From Octopus vulgaris (lineage: Eukaryota), in the NCBI GenBank assembly GCA_951406725.2, contig OX597821.1, forward strand, positions 11,656,001 to 11,720,000: a stretch of DNA of 64,000 nt, in the 5' to 3' direction. The position numbers and the translations under genes were made by a program. The notes below the pieces were generated by a model. It had not been told where the DNA came from. It worked only from the letters and a program-made list of their open reading frames with translations, and searched no databases. How positions within the stretch are numbered: the stretch's first letter is position 1; each line of letters opens with the position of its first letter. Shown in pieces: positions 1-13,796 of this stretch.

Positions 1-622
1 ATGTCTTGCAAACAACTTGCACATACAAGTGCTACCAGTCAAAAGCTCTGTATACCGGAAGCCAGCAAGGGTATGGGGTCATCAGGAAAGAATGCGCGCC
101 GTTTCGGGGCCTACCTCTCGACGGCATCAATGCGCACTGACCCCCCCCCCAATGATATGAGGCCTCGCTTGCTAGATCAGCTGGTTATCAAGTTAAGCTC
201 AATATCCTTCTAGCCATCACTCATCGTCTCTTTTTAACCAAATCCAGTGGCTCGCCTTCTCCACTGTAGATTGGATATCGGTCATGGTAGTATTGACTTT
301 ACGATGAGTTAGGCCTAGCGATAACAACAGTCGTCTCACACTGTGCCCAACAAACCCTTTACATCCGACTTCTATATCTAGCATTTAGGCTGTCCACTTT
401 TAGTGGTCAGTCCTCTAAATTTTTTATGTAAAAAATTTTAATCTTCGTTTTTTTAAAAAAAATATTTTAGGTCACTGGTTTTAATTTTATCAATTTCTAC
501 CCTTATTTAATTTTAAATTTTATATATATATGTATTTATATATATGCATACATACATACATAATATATATATATATATGTATATATACATACATACATAC
601 ATACATAATATATATATATGCT

Positions 623-664
<42 letters not shown>

Positions 665-683
665 ATACATATATAATATATAT

Positions 684-724
<41 letters not shown>

Positions 725-785
725 AGTTGAGTGAAAAGTAGCGCCCGGTTTCTAGGAAGTCATGCCTTTCTTTGTTGTTTTGCAG

Positions 786-998
786 GTTATTACCGACAGT
801 TTTGAAAGTTAGTAAACCTCAATCATCTATCATGTTGTTAATACTCTTCGGTATCCGAACTCGTAAAAGAAGAACATGGAGTCAAAAGTGTCTCCGAGTT
901 GGGAAGTCATACATGTCAACGCTAAAACAGGAATTGGGTGCTACTTTTGGCTCACCTAGTGGATGGAAACTGTTTTCTCTCTACGATCTAGAGCCGAG
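786..998 (+). CDS. Candidate internal exon of an unidentified host gene (213 bp, symmetric phase)
   Basis: Polypyrimidine tract plus acceptor (ctttctttgttgtttttgcag|G at 786) and donor GAG|gtaaaa at 999. Length is a multiple of 3, only one frame is open (RLLPTVLKVSKPQ...YDLEPR) and the sequence is unique. No recognisable domain. Confidence 0.35.
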
Positions 999-1917
999 GT
1001 AAAAATAGAAAATAATTGGTAGAAATGATGAGAAGAAACATGCCAATATACTGGATAAAACTGTGTGTGATGTAAGGGCGATACATTACAACCTATTTGA
1101 AAGCAAAATACAGCAAATATATTTTTTATTTTCTAATAATATTCTATGTTTGTAAGTTGGGATTTATTTCGCGTGTCGGCTAAAAAGCTGTAAATTGAAG
1201 AGCAAAATTTAAATACATATATGGTACGAATCAGACAGAATGGTTGAATAACAGGATATTAAATTTAGGTTTCTGAGAGAGAAAAAGAAAGGGAGAGTGA
1301 GAAAGAAACAACAATGTAAGTGCTTGTATGCGTGTGTGTGTGTGATGAACAGTATCTTGAGGGAAATCCTTGAATACTGGTTTGAAATTTTGAGTTCTTT
1401 TATTTTATTGCACCGTCGTTAAAAACTCGTGCACAAAGAAATTGCTTTATATTTAAGAAATATTTTCATCACCAACCGTGTAAGAGACATTTTGGCTCAG
1501 CTGTTATGGCGCCTCGTATTCAGGCTTGTTTATTCAACGCAAACTTATTAGTTCCGCCCCATATTCTGCCTGTCTATCTGTTTCATTCTCTATCTCTATC
1601 TGCATGTTTATATTTCCTCGTGTGGTGTGTATGTATTATGATGGGGTATGCGTATTCCAAAACGTACTGCCGCCATTTGTAAAGTAGGTTAAAGTGGCGA
1701 ATCAGCCGTTTAAAGTAATTATGAATGTTTAATTCTGGAAGTTCAGCCCATTCATATGTATACAATTTACGCTCACATAGTTTCGGGTTCAGTCCCACTG
1801 TACGGCCAATCAAAGCTTGGTGAGTCGATTCGGTCAAAAGATACCGAAAGAAGCCCATCGTATGTGTGTGGGGGGTGGATGGGTTTATATCTATATCTAT
1901 ATCTATCTATCTATCTT

Positions 1918-1988
<71 letters not shown>

Positions 1989-2001
1989 GTCTATCTAGCT
2001 T

Positions 2002-2068
<67 letters not shown>

Positions 2069-2212
2069 GCATATATATAATGCATATATATAATGCATAT
2101 ATATATTTAGGGTTGAAACGTATAAAAGCTTACACACACACATAGACCCATATACACACACAGATCCAGACACAGATACAGACACACACACACACACTTG
2201 CTCACGCACACA

Positions 2213-2772
2213 GATGATGAAAGTGCACGATCTTCTCTCTTGGTCGTTTTTCTTGGCCTACCTGTAGACTTTCTTGCTTCACATGAACCACAATCATCGT
2301 AGACCTTAAGAATACCGTGACCAACATTTTTTGACTTGTTAACAATATTTGCAATAGAGCTAATACTTAAATTATCCTTCTTTCGAAGCTTAATAATCTG
2401 CTGACGATTTGGTAACGGAGTAAGTGGCATTATATTAACAAAGTACACTGCAGATATTCTTACTAATATTTAGTAAACGAACCGTCACGTAAACAAATTC
2501 AAAACATTAGAGTTCGACGGTTAAATATACTAAAACATGGAGTAAAAGCAACCGTTCTGATCCTTTTGGCCGCCATGGGTTTTGCAGTAAATCACTAAAT
2601 CATCCATAACTTTTGTATTATCCTCTCAAATTACACCAACATCTCAGACAATAACAAATAATATTGTATTTATTGTCTGTGAAAAGTATAGAATATAAAA
2701 CAACTTCGATAAAAACTTATACCTACTTTTCTGACGAAAACAATGCCGTTCTGAACATTTTGACCGCAACTG
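2213..2772 (-). mobile_element. Tc1-like DNA transposon 5' fragment (TIR plus transposase HTH remnant)
   Basis: ORF 2107..2448 contains RQQIIKLRKKDNLSISSIANIVNKSK...STGRPRKTTKREDR (Tc1 HTH/GRPR). End is TA|cagttgcggtcaaaatgttcagaacgg, with an inner direct repeat near 2552 (IR/DR type). Confidence 0.8.
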
Positions 2773-2922
2773 TATATATGTATGTGTGTGTGTGTATGTA
2801 TGTATGTACTATATGTATATATGTATATAAATGTATATATATATGTATAATATATATGTGTGTGTATATGTATAATATATATTTATGTGTGTGTATATAT
2901 ATGTATATAATATATATATATG

Positions 2923-2973
<51 letters not shown>

Positions 2974-2997
2974 AATATATACATATATGTACATGCA

Positions 2998-3048
<51 letters not shown>

Positions 3049-3113
3049 GCATGCACATATATTCTAATTCTCTCATCAGTGAATATCTGGGTTACATTAG
3101 AGCTAGTATGGTG

Positions 3114-3170
<57 letters not shown>

Positions 3171-3508
3171 ATGCATAAAATATATTTAACATATATTTAA
3201 ACCTACATCCTTACGAACACACGTACACTCACACAAACACACTTATAACGTATCTTATATGTTTTCTCGTAAAACATACTACCTACATTGTGTTTATAGA
3301 TGGAGAATTAAATAAACAAATCAATAATCTGATTTTGCATTAGATCCATAAATAGTAAATTTGTTTGGAAACAAATCAATATTTAATTTGCTTTCAAATT
3401 GAATAGTTATCGTCTTCCGAGCTGTATATCAACAGATGGGAATAGCGAAGAAGATTACCATTGAAGAAGAAGAGAAAGAGAGGGCGTGAGAGTGAGAGAG
3501 AGAGAGTA

Positions 3509-3539
<31 letters not shown>

Positions 3540-3787
3540 ATGAGAGAGAGACAGAGAGAATGCAGAAGGAATGAGAGAGAAAGAGATAAACGCTACTAAG
3601 AATGGAGGACAAAAGGGTAAATGAATGGGGGAGAGGAATACAGCACATATAAATATTGGGTGTATGTTTATACATACGTAGATATAAATTGCAATATTTA
3701 TGATAAATTTATATACACACATATAAATATATATACATATATATGTGTGCGTGTGTGTGTGTGTATTCACGTAGATACATATACATA

Positions 3788-3888
<101 letters not shown>

Positions 3889-3922
3889 ACATATATATAT
3901 GCATATATATACATATATATAC

Positions 3923-3958
<36 letters not shown>

Positions 3959-4129
3959 GTACATAAATACATACACAAGCAAACACACTCACGCTCATAC
4001 ACACACATACATACACGCACACATATATATTTGCAATTTTTTCGTTGGTGTAACTGGCGAACAGGTTATGCAATTGGAGGTCGCGTGTTGAAGCTAAATA
4101 AGTTACATCTCGGATGAGCTATTGTAGTT

Positions 4130-4520
4130 ATTTAATAACACACATAGATTTCAACATTTATAGATTTCACCAATTTATTTACACAAAAATTTTAACGTCC
4201 TTTCTAAACATTTAATAACGCAAAACTCCAATAGCGTCATTTAATAACATTCACAGATGTTAACATACGTTCTCGTAATAAAATGACGACACAAATCCAT
4301 TAACCTCGATTTCAGCCTTTTAATAACACACAAACCGATTAACATCTATTCTAATCAGTTAACATCTATTCTGTGCAATTTAATAATACAGAAAAATATC
4401 AACATGATTTCTACGCATCTAATAATACAAAAAAAAAAAAAAAAGATGCGAACATCCCTTCATATTATTTAATACAAATCTGTTGACTGCTTTTTGCTGA
4501 ACACGATTATTAATACAAGT
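4130..4520. repeat. Degenerate ~40-bp minisatellite
   Basis: Recurrent tttaataaca/ttaacat motif at irregular ~35-45 bp spacing. Confidence 0.4.
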
Positions 4521-4574
4521 CTTTAGCAATGTCAACGGAATATCGGTCACTGCTAAGATTCCTTAAACAACAAA

Positions 4575-5345
<771 letters not shown>

Positions 5346-5630
5346 ATGAACAAACACAGCATTCTTAATTCCTTTTCGACGAAAGCATGGAAAACAGGTT
5401 TCAATGGGGTCAGCTTTTGTTAAGGACTAAATAAAGCAAGAAGTGAATCATCTGCGGAAAGGCGCGCAATGTCAAATATTAACATTGGCCTGACTAGAAA
5501 TCAATTGTCCATTGTTGTCTTTTCCGTTGTTTTGTCCATTGTTTGAAAGTAGATGGACATTAAAGAAAAAAAAAAATAAACCACTGCCCGAGGTAAGTGG
5601 TGGTACTCAGTGTCAGCAAAAACTCAGATA

Positions 5631-6030
5631 AGTGCAGGAGTGGCTGTGTGGTAAGTAGCTTGTTTACCAACCACATGGTTCCGGGTTCAGTCCCAATGCG
5701 TGGCATCTTGGGCAAGTGTCTTCTGCTATAGTCCCGGGCCGACCAATGCCTTGTGAGTGGATTTGGTAGACGGAAACTGAAAGAAGCCTGTCGTATATAT
5801 GTATATATATATATGTATGTGTGTGTGTTTGTCCCCCTAGCATTGCTTGACAACCGATGCTGGTGTGTTTACGTCACCGTCACTTAGCGGTTCGGCAAAA
5901 GAGACCGATAGAATAAGTACTGGGCTTACAAAGAATAAGTCCCGGGGTCGATGAGCTCGACTAAAGGTGGTGCTCCAGCATGGCCGCAATCAAATGACTG
6001 AAACAAGTAAAAGAGTAAAAGAGTAAAGAG
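5631..6030 (+). mobile_element. tRNA-derived SINE family A (~400 bp, internal TA/CA microsatellite)
   Basis: Head gcaggagtggctgtgtggtaag...ggttcagtccc, core ggcatcttgggcaagtgtctt, tail (gtaaaaga)n. More than 10 copies in the window. Confidence 0.9.
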
Positions 6031-6060
6031 AGATGTATGTTTTCTTGAATATTGCTAGAC

Positions 6061-6203
6061 ACAGGGGAGTGGTTGTGTGGTAAATAGCTTGCTACCCAAC
6101 CACACCACATGGTTCCAGGTTCAATCCCTCTGCGTGACAACTTGGGCAAATGTTTTCTAGTATAGCCTCGGGCCGATCAAAGCCTTGTGAGTGGATTTGG
6201 TAT
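6061..6203 (+). mobile_element. SINE family A 5' fragment
   Basis: Similar to 5631-5770. Confidence 0.8.
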
Positions 6204-6246
6204 ACTCTGCTCTGAATTAAATTCAGAAATTGCCTCAGTCATGTCA

Positions 6247-6642
6247 TCTTTATATATAAAAGAGAAGTTGTGTGTCTGCCTCTTATGATTTAGATTCCTA
6301 ACTACTCCCACATTTTGCGGTGCAGTTTAACCAAAACCGGGTATCTTATAATCGTGATTCATATCGAGCCCATCTGGGTATTAGCGCGCGTCTACGATGA
6401 GTCTACGATTTAAAAAAAATTACCATCATCTTTTTCCATTTTAATGCATTTTTTTCGCTATTATAAACGGGAAGTAACTCTCTAAAAATGTCTACGATGA
6501 GTCAACGATTTAAAAAAAAATTTACCATCATTTGTTTTCCATTTTAATGCATTTTTTTGCTATTTTTTGGCTATAACTCTCTAAAAATGCTTATATAGTT
6601 ATTTCCCTTACAAACCCGAGCAATTCCGGGCGATACTGCTAG
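6247..6642 (+). mobile_element. Non-autonomous Helitron
   Basis: 5' TC, subterminal hairpin cccg-agcaattc-cggg, 3' CTAG, inserted between A and T with no TSD. Internal ~90-bp duplication. Confidence 0.8.
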
Positions 6643-7024
6643 TCTGGTATAAACGAGCTTACTGGATTTTCAGTCTTCGCCGACTGTAACTCAATTAGTT
6701 GTTGTTATTGTAGCATTTGTTTTTGCAACTCCTGTAGTTGATCCCGTTGCTTCGCTTGAAGCAGTACTACTGCGGCTAATAGGTTTTCCTTGACGCAGAA
6801 ATTGTCAAATAACCAATGTGAGTGTCGAACGATCCTCGTCGCCAGGTGTTACATCCTTGTGGATAAACGAACAGACGGCAACAGTGTAATTACAATATAA
6901 TCAAAACAAACGGCAGTAACCACACGGAAGGTAACAACAAAGTTTTAAGAACCAACAATCCAACACGTTAACTCGAACCGTAAGCTTTAAACTCTAGCTT
7001 TGAACTATCAACACACGAATTGTG

Positions 7025-8230
7025 GACTAGGGGCTACACAGAGGGGACAATAGAAGACGTGCAAAGAATTAAATGAGTTCGTTAGCTTTAACAATGAAAT
7101 CGGATGAGAAATAGAAAATCCAAAAAATGAATAAGGATGAACGTTTAAAATTTTATAATGATTTCCCATTAGGAAGTTGACAATAATTACAATCTGGGTC
7201 TAATTGACCTGCAGGTTTCCTATTAGTATTATTTCTCTTTTTATATTCTTTTCTTTTTCCTCTCGACCGGCTATACTAACCCGATCCAATTTTTCCGTAG
7301 CATTCTTACTATAGACATCCATCTTTTCGCAAATATACTTTGCGACAGGTGCCTTCTCTCTAGACGGACCATGCCATACAGGCGGTAGCTAAAACAACTT
7401 ACCAGCCCACGTCCAGAGATGTAGGTACCTGTCGCAATTCCTTTTTCACGCGTTTTCTATACTGTCTCTTTCAATATGGCCACTACACAGAAAAGTCACG
7501 CCTTTCATTCCTTTTTAAAAGAGGGAGGCGGTTCAATCTCTATAATAGATTCTGCCGATAGTCGTACTTCTCTCTAGTTGATATCAGCTGTTCGGCATAG
7601 GCCAGCAGTCCCTTTGTTTTCTCACATTGCACAAAGGCGTGCAGGACAGGTTCACTGTCCAGCTCGCAACTCGGGCATGTCGGAGGGGTGCCAAAACTGT
7701 GTCTTGACAGCATCTCTCGAAGAGGTAAATCCGATCGGTAGCACAATCAAGCAATTTCTGGTAGTTATCCAGGTACCCAAACCCGAAAGTCCTTCCAAAT
7801 AGGTTGATCAGCTGATTTCTATTAAAGCCTGTCTCCCTCAGGGCATCGTCAGACAAATACTCTGCCGACCCGCTATAGAAATCCGCGGTGGTACACCAGT
7901 TGCCGATATTGCCCGCCCGAGAGAGTAATGTGAATGCTTATCTGCACTCTGCCAGTCACCTATTCAAGGTCCACGCCTGATCCATGGATCTAAGTCCTGC
8001 GCGAGAAAGAAATTTATGTGCGGTGATTACACCTGCTCGGATTCCGGACAGAGACAGAGGTACCTCGACCTCAGCGCGAACTTGCATCGTCAGCCAAGGC
8101 ATCCCTAGCCCACGCTTTAACGGTTTTTGGCAGCAGAGTACCTCGCAGTTGGTCTCTCTCTCTCCACAAAAAGCGAAATAGGAGTCGTTCCAACCTGCTC
8201 ATCCACAATCAACGTCAAGGCACAACGGTC
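7025..8230 (-). mobile_element. Degenerate Tx1/L1-like LINE 3' portion
   Basis: Minus-strand remnants KPLKRGLGMPWL and TCPSCELDSEPVLHAFVQC (zf-RVT CCHC). 3' tail gggctacacagaggggacaa is shared with the 15474-16676 element. Multiple frameshifts. Confidence 0.7.
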
Positions 8231-9408
8231 AGCCGGTAGGTTATCACAGATGTTATAAATACCAGCTTCTATAGCTGATGCAGATAGCTTACCCTGTCCT
8301 TGTCCGACTTTTAATTCATGCAATTGAAAAACCGCTTTATTTATGGGATGACCCAATATATATACATATATCGGAGTGTATGAGCTGCACACAAGTATAC
8401 GAGTGATTCAGACATTTCCAAGACATTTCCAAGATGGCCGAAAAATGTCGATATTGATGAATGCTCTGGGAGCGCAAGGATCCCAAAATAATCGGTTGAC
8501 CTGAAAGCCTTCTGAAATCCCAGAATTGAAGTGCTTAGTCGCTGCCAACATGAGAGAGAATTCATTTTGCGCAGATGGAATTAGCCGCTTGATGACTAGT
8601 GAACAGAGACCGTACATAAATTGATTGTTTTCGAACACAAGTGGAACCGATTAAAGGGAGATAACTCAATCACATCCAGAAAGGTTAATCACTTCGAGGT
8701 GTTTCGTTTCAGGTTTTTAGTTTTCATAACCCTGCTGGCCAAAACTGTTTACTTGTCTCCATTGGTAAAGGGATAATGTGTTTCTGACCGGCAGATATTT
8801 TGCCTGGCCTATACTGTTGAGAGTACGAATAGACGTACAAAGGTAACTTTTCAGGGACCTTACATAATGACTACATTAAGTATGTTGCGCGCGCGTGAGT
8901 GTGTGTGAGTGAGTTTATTTGTATGTTTGAGAGTGCTTTCATAACTTCCCCACAAATTAGTGATCATTCAAGAAAAGAATGAAATAGATTTATTCGAGAT
9001 AATCACATGAACGCAGTAAATTTGCATGGCTGTCGTCCAATGACTGAAGTAAGTAGAAGAATACTAGAATAAAAGAATATTATTGCAGTAGATTTTTAAA
9101 CAAAAGAATAGTAAAATCAACATCATGAGGTGGGGCACAAGAATTTTTGTTATAATTATTACACATTTCTGATTCTACGATCCGTTCTTGTTAATTCTCC
9201 TTTTGAAAATGAATGTTGGTTTTGATTTTACAAAAGGAACCATATTAATATCTTTAAAGTAAGAATGTCTGCGCATGGCCAGACCAACAGAGCGGCGGAG
9301 AATATACCTCGTGGTATCAACTCACTGGAGTTCAGTTAGTTATATCTCTCATTCAATGGAATTCTGTAACACCTTGGTTTATCAAAATATATTAAATCTC
9401 TCTCTCTT

Positions 9409-9455
<47 letters not shown>

Positions 9456-10051
9456 ATATATATATATATATATGTATACATGTATGTATATACATATATG
9501 TAAGAAAGAAAAATAAACAAGTTTATCAACGAAATACTAAAGACGTCTGTTTAAATATTTTATATTTCACCCCAAGGCCTTGTGCATATGTTAGAAATCG
9601 ATCTATTTATATTTATAGACCGCAGTAATTGCTGACGGCCTGGAGCGGTAATTAAGTAGATTTAATAAAGATTTAATATTCTATTTTTGTTCAACTTCGC
9701 AAACAATACTAGTTATATATTTGTGCACGTATATAAATAGTTACTGGTCGCCATTATTTATTTAACGATATTCAGTGTCACCACACGATCACTCAGGAAA
9801 CTATAATAATAGACCTATCATTCCAAAGACGACTGGATATATAACAAATATCTCACCTAATCTCTAATTTCCCTTTAATATAGTTGAATTAAGATGTCTT
9901 AAAGTCGTACTTCTCAACATAAAATTGTGAACAAACACTAAATTTGCGTGTCTAACGGAAGAGAGTGTGACTGAATTCTTTTCCTTAACTATACTGATAT
10001 ATTCGCTGAATTTCTATTTATCTAATTATTCATGCTTACCACCCTGTCAAA

Positions 10052-10109
<58 letters not shown>

Positions 10110-10380
10110 GTCTGTCTGTCTATCTAACTATTTATCTATCTGTCCATCATTATTGTTAGGTAGTCATGTATCTTCTTAGATAAGTGCATACACATATGCA
10201 CAAAAATTCAAACGTAATAGACACATTTATACATACGTAAATGTTAGTCTGTATGTATATATATACATACATACACACACACATATATATATATATATAT
10301 GTGTATGTATGTATGTATTTATATATATATATAGATGTATGTATATGTGTATATATGTGTACATATGTATATATATATAT

Positions 10381-10446
<66 letters not shown>

Positions 10447-10449
<3 letters not shown>

Positions 10450-10740
10450 GGTCATCCCATAAGTAATCCGGTTTCTTATTTTAATCTAAAACATATGCTC
10501 TTCCATCTATCTGGTAGATTTCCGAAGCCCATTTTCCAAAATCCACTTTCCGTGATGAAAAATGCTCCTCCAGCAAATATTCTGACCTTGTCTACGAATT
10601 CATAATTTTTCCGTCCGAATGATTTTGAATATTGCGGAATAAATGATAATCAGATGGGGTAATGTCCGGTGAGTATTGTTTCCCATTACACCCTTTGGAA
10701 TGCCATACTCACTGTATGTGGTCGAGCATTATCCTCAGCA
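10447..10740 (-). mobile_element. Mariner transposase 3' remnant with TIR
   Basis: TIR gggtcatcccataagtaat after (TA)n. Minus strand gives PSDYHLFRNIQNH...NLPDRW. The same TIR occurs at ~8330-8357 and 63847. Confidence 0.7.
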
Positions 10741-11403
10741 TTGTCACTTCAATATGGCTGTTCCGTATGAAACTACATTACTACCATATTTTTTTTAATC
10801 AAGGAGAATATCTTCTCCAGCTCGTTAACGACACAACCTGTGTCCGATATACTGCGATCAGAGTGGTCACTGATTCCGTCAAACTGCTAGATGGTGGTTG
10901 TTCGCTTCCCAGTTTGCCATATATCGGACACAGGTTGTGTCGTTAACCAGCTGGAGGAGATATTCTCATGGGGTTAAAAAAATTGCAGTAACGTAGTTCC
11001 ATACGGAAGAGTCATGTTGAAGTGACGACAAACATTACTTTCCAATATTGTTATTACTTACATCTCTTATAGAGATTTAGAACTAGCTACGTTGCTTGCT
11101 GCAAGATTGGCGGCTGAATGTCGCTTATTTTACTATGTATTGCGAGCTAGGACGAACGACAGCCATTTCTAGCAGACAAGTATCCAGTACTGAGGAAGGG
11201 AAATACCCTGAAACCAGAATGGTTTACGGGTCCTGTCAAACCGGTAGATGGTAGGAGTTCGCTTCCCAGTTTGCTATATATCGGATACAGGTTATTTCGT
11301 TAACCAGCTGGAGAAGATATTCTCCTGGAGTTAAAAGAATGGCAGTAACGTAGTTTCATTCGGAACAGCCATGTTGAAGTGGCGACAAACATTACTTTAC
11401 ATT
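10741..11403 (+). mobile_element. Retrozyme-like element 1: ~356-nt tandem unit (~1.5 copies) preceded by an inverted partial copy
   Basis: gtcaaac..tagatgg..gttcgcttcccagtttgc at ~10878 and ~11236. 10741-10852 is the reverse complement of ~10920-11030. Contains an HHR. Confidence 0.8.
11184..11230 (+). ncRNA. Type I hammerhead ribozyme
   Basis: ccagta-CTGAGGA-aggg(aaata)ccct-GAAA-cca(gaa)tgg-TT-tacggg. Core intact, all three helices pair, GUU cleavage triplet. Confidence 0.85.
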
Positions 11404-11585
11404 TTCTTTATTTCTTTTGTTTCTGTCATTTGCCTGTGGTCTTGCTGTATATGTGTGTACGTATGTGCATATATGTATATAAATGTGTGTGTGTGTGCGT
11501 GTTTGTATATGTATGTATGTATATATGTATGTGTATATATATATATCTATATATCTATATATCTATATCTATATATATATCTATA

Positions 11586-11626
<41 letters not shown>

Positions 11627-11628
<2 letters not shown>

Positions 11629-11900
11629 GAGAAAGAAGCAACAAGAATGGATTAGTTTTTAGTACAATTGTTTCATACAAAGACAGGCTTTTATCTGCTG
11701 CAATTTTTGCAACTTGTAATAAAGCCTGTCTTTGTATGAAACAATTGTACTAAAAACTAATCCATTCTTGTTGCTTCATTCTCGTTTATAATCACCCCAC
11801 ATTATTGTATGGTTAACACCATATAGTTTTTCTGGTGCATCTAAGATAAGTACCACATTCAAGTAACTTCATTGGAATTTACTTGAATCTTAATTGCTTT
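11627..11900. repeat. Fold-back element in (TA)n: ~65-bp inverted arms (11627-11785) plus tail
   Basis: acgagaaagaagcaacaagaatgg...acaggcttt versus aaagcctgt...ccattcttgttgcttcattctcgt. Confidence 0.85.
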
Positions 11901-11931
<31 letters not shown>

Positions 11932-11941
11932 GTATATTATG

Positions 11942-12026
<85 letters not shown>

Positions 12027-12181
12027 CAATAAATGGTGGGGTTGTATTGACCGCACGTGGAGAAATGATAGGCAAAGAAAAATTGTAAAAAAGCAGAATG
12101 CTAAGTCGAAAGAAAATTTTAATGAAAATGGGTGTATGGAAAATTTTGAAAAATTGATAAAATATATATATATTAATTCAG

Positions 12182-12230
12182 AAATATGGAACGCTTCACG
12201 AACTTGCGTGTCATCCTTGTGCAGGGGCCA
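12182..12230 (-). pseudogene. U6: U6 snRNA 3'-half fragment
   Basis: Reverse complement tggcccctgcacaaggatgacacgcaagttcgtgaagcgttccatattt matches the U6 3' half. 5' half (ACAGAGA box) absent. Confidence 0.9.
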
Positions 12231-12272
12231 CGCAAGGATGACACGCAAATTCGTGAAGCGTTCCATATTTTT
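12231..12272 (+). pseudogene. U6: U6 snRNA 3'-end fragment
   Basis: cgcaaggatgacacgcaaattcgtgaagcgttccatattttt matches the conserved U6 3' end, including the oligo-T. Confidence 0.92.
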
Positions 12273-12372
12273 GAATTAATATATTTTATCGATTTTTAAA
12301 ATTTTCCATATACCCATTTTCATTAAAATTTTCTTTCAATTTAGCATCCTGCCTTTTTACAATTTTTCCTTG

Positions 12373-12408
<36 letters not shown>

Positions 12409-12462
12409 TGATTCTAGTTTCGGCTCACGAGCTGTGGCCATGCTGGGGCACCGCCATTTATA

Positions 12463-12534
<72 letters not shown>

Positions 12535-12700
12535 TTGTTTGGTAAAGCACGTGGGTGAATATATAAGAAAATAGTAAAGTGTGAAAAAACGACAGAAGGC
12601 TTAAATGTTAAAAAATATATATATTTGTGTCAAAATGTTTGGAGAATATTGGAAAAATTTTTTTTCCTTTCCTTAAAATGACATAATTTTAAAATTTTTA

Positions 12701-12740
12701 AAGAAATTACCGGTTTCGCGTGTAGCTTTTCAAATTTCTT
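12701..12740 (-). ncRNA. Minimal hammerhead variant (U3-A8 core), left arm
   Basis: Reverse complement aagaaat-TTGAAAA-gc(tacac)gc-GAAA-ccgg-TA-atttctt. Helix I is 7 bp and helix III is palindromic. Confidence 0.65.
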
Positions 12741-12924
12741 GTGACGTTATGTTTATATTGCATGGAGTTATCGTTGTTTTTATTTCCAGGAGATTTCTGA
12801 ATAAGGGGAGGTAGTGAGTTATTTATTCCGGTGTAAGGGAGATAATCGCTTAAAATTTTTTTTTTTTTTTTTTCCCTTTTCCTTGTTTGGGAAAATTTCT
12901 CTGTGTCAGTATGTTCGGATGGTT

Positions 12925-13484
12925 ATATACTTCATAAAAACCCAAAATTAAAGGAAATTCTAAACATACACCAAATCATTAAAAGCTACAAACAGCCTAA
13001 ATCACTTAAAAAGATTCTCACAAAGGCAAAATTGTCTTCTAAAATTACGGATGCAAAAGTAAAAAAATGTGGTAGATCGAACTGTGCAACATGTCCTAAC
13101 CTATTGGAAGGATCAGAATTCTTCTTTAAAGAGGGACAGAAATTTAAGATCAAATCTAACTTTACTTGTGCCTCTGAAAACATAATTTATGTTATTAAAA
13201 GCTCGGGCTGCCACCAAGACTACGTGGGTTCCACGGGACTATCACTCAGGCGTAGATGCACACTGCATCGACAACAGATTGCATTCCCAGAATATAGAAT
13301 GATACCTTTTAGTGAGCATATTGAGAAATGCGCAAAGCAACTACTGCCACAATTTTTAATCTTCCCATTTTACCAATGTGCTTTCGGATCATCAACACAA
13401 ATGAGACTGAACAAGGAAACATTCTTCATTGAAAAGTACAAACCCAGACTCAACCATCCGAACATACTGACACAGAGAAATTAA
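12925..13484 (+). CDS. PLE GIY-YIG endonuclease domain (truncated ORF, no RT)
   Basis: KCGRSNCATC Zn-linker, NIIYVIKSSGCHQDYVGST..LRRRCTLHR, RLNKETFFIEKYKPRLN. Open frame. Confidence 0.88.
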
Positions 13485-13623
13485 CAAGGAAAAGGGGAAA
13501 AAAAAATTTTTTAAGCGATTATCTCCCTTACACCGGAATAAATCACTCACTACCTCCCCTTATTCAGAAATCTCCTGGAAATAAAAACAACGATAACTCC
13601 ATGCAATATAAACATAACGTCAC

Positions 13624-13663
13624 AAGAAATTTGAAAAGCTACACGCGAAACCGGTAATCTCTT
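13624..13663 (+). ncRNA. Minimal hammerhead variant (U3-A8 core), right arm
   Basis: aagaaat-TTGAAAA-gc(tacac)gc-GAAA-ccgg-TA-atctctt. Confidence 0.6.
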
Positions 13664-13796
13664 TAAAAATTTTAAAATTATGTCATTTTAAGGAAAGGAA
13701 AAAAAATTTTTCCAATATTCTCCAGACATTTTGACACAAATATATATATTTTTTAACATTTAAGCCTTCTGTCGTTTTTTCACACTTTACTATTTT

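Larger units (their letters stand above)
12068..12377. repeat. ~310-bp palindrome made of U6 3' half plus ~105 bp flank, between (TA)n tracts
   Basis: Arms 12068-12221 and 12231-12377 are near reverse complements. Confidence 0.9.

Noticed and set aside
12182-12272. Functional U6 gene
   Set aside because: The 5' half, including the ACAGAGA box and upstream promoter, is missing.
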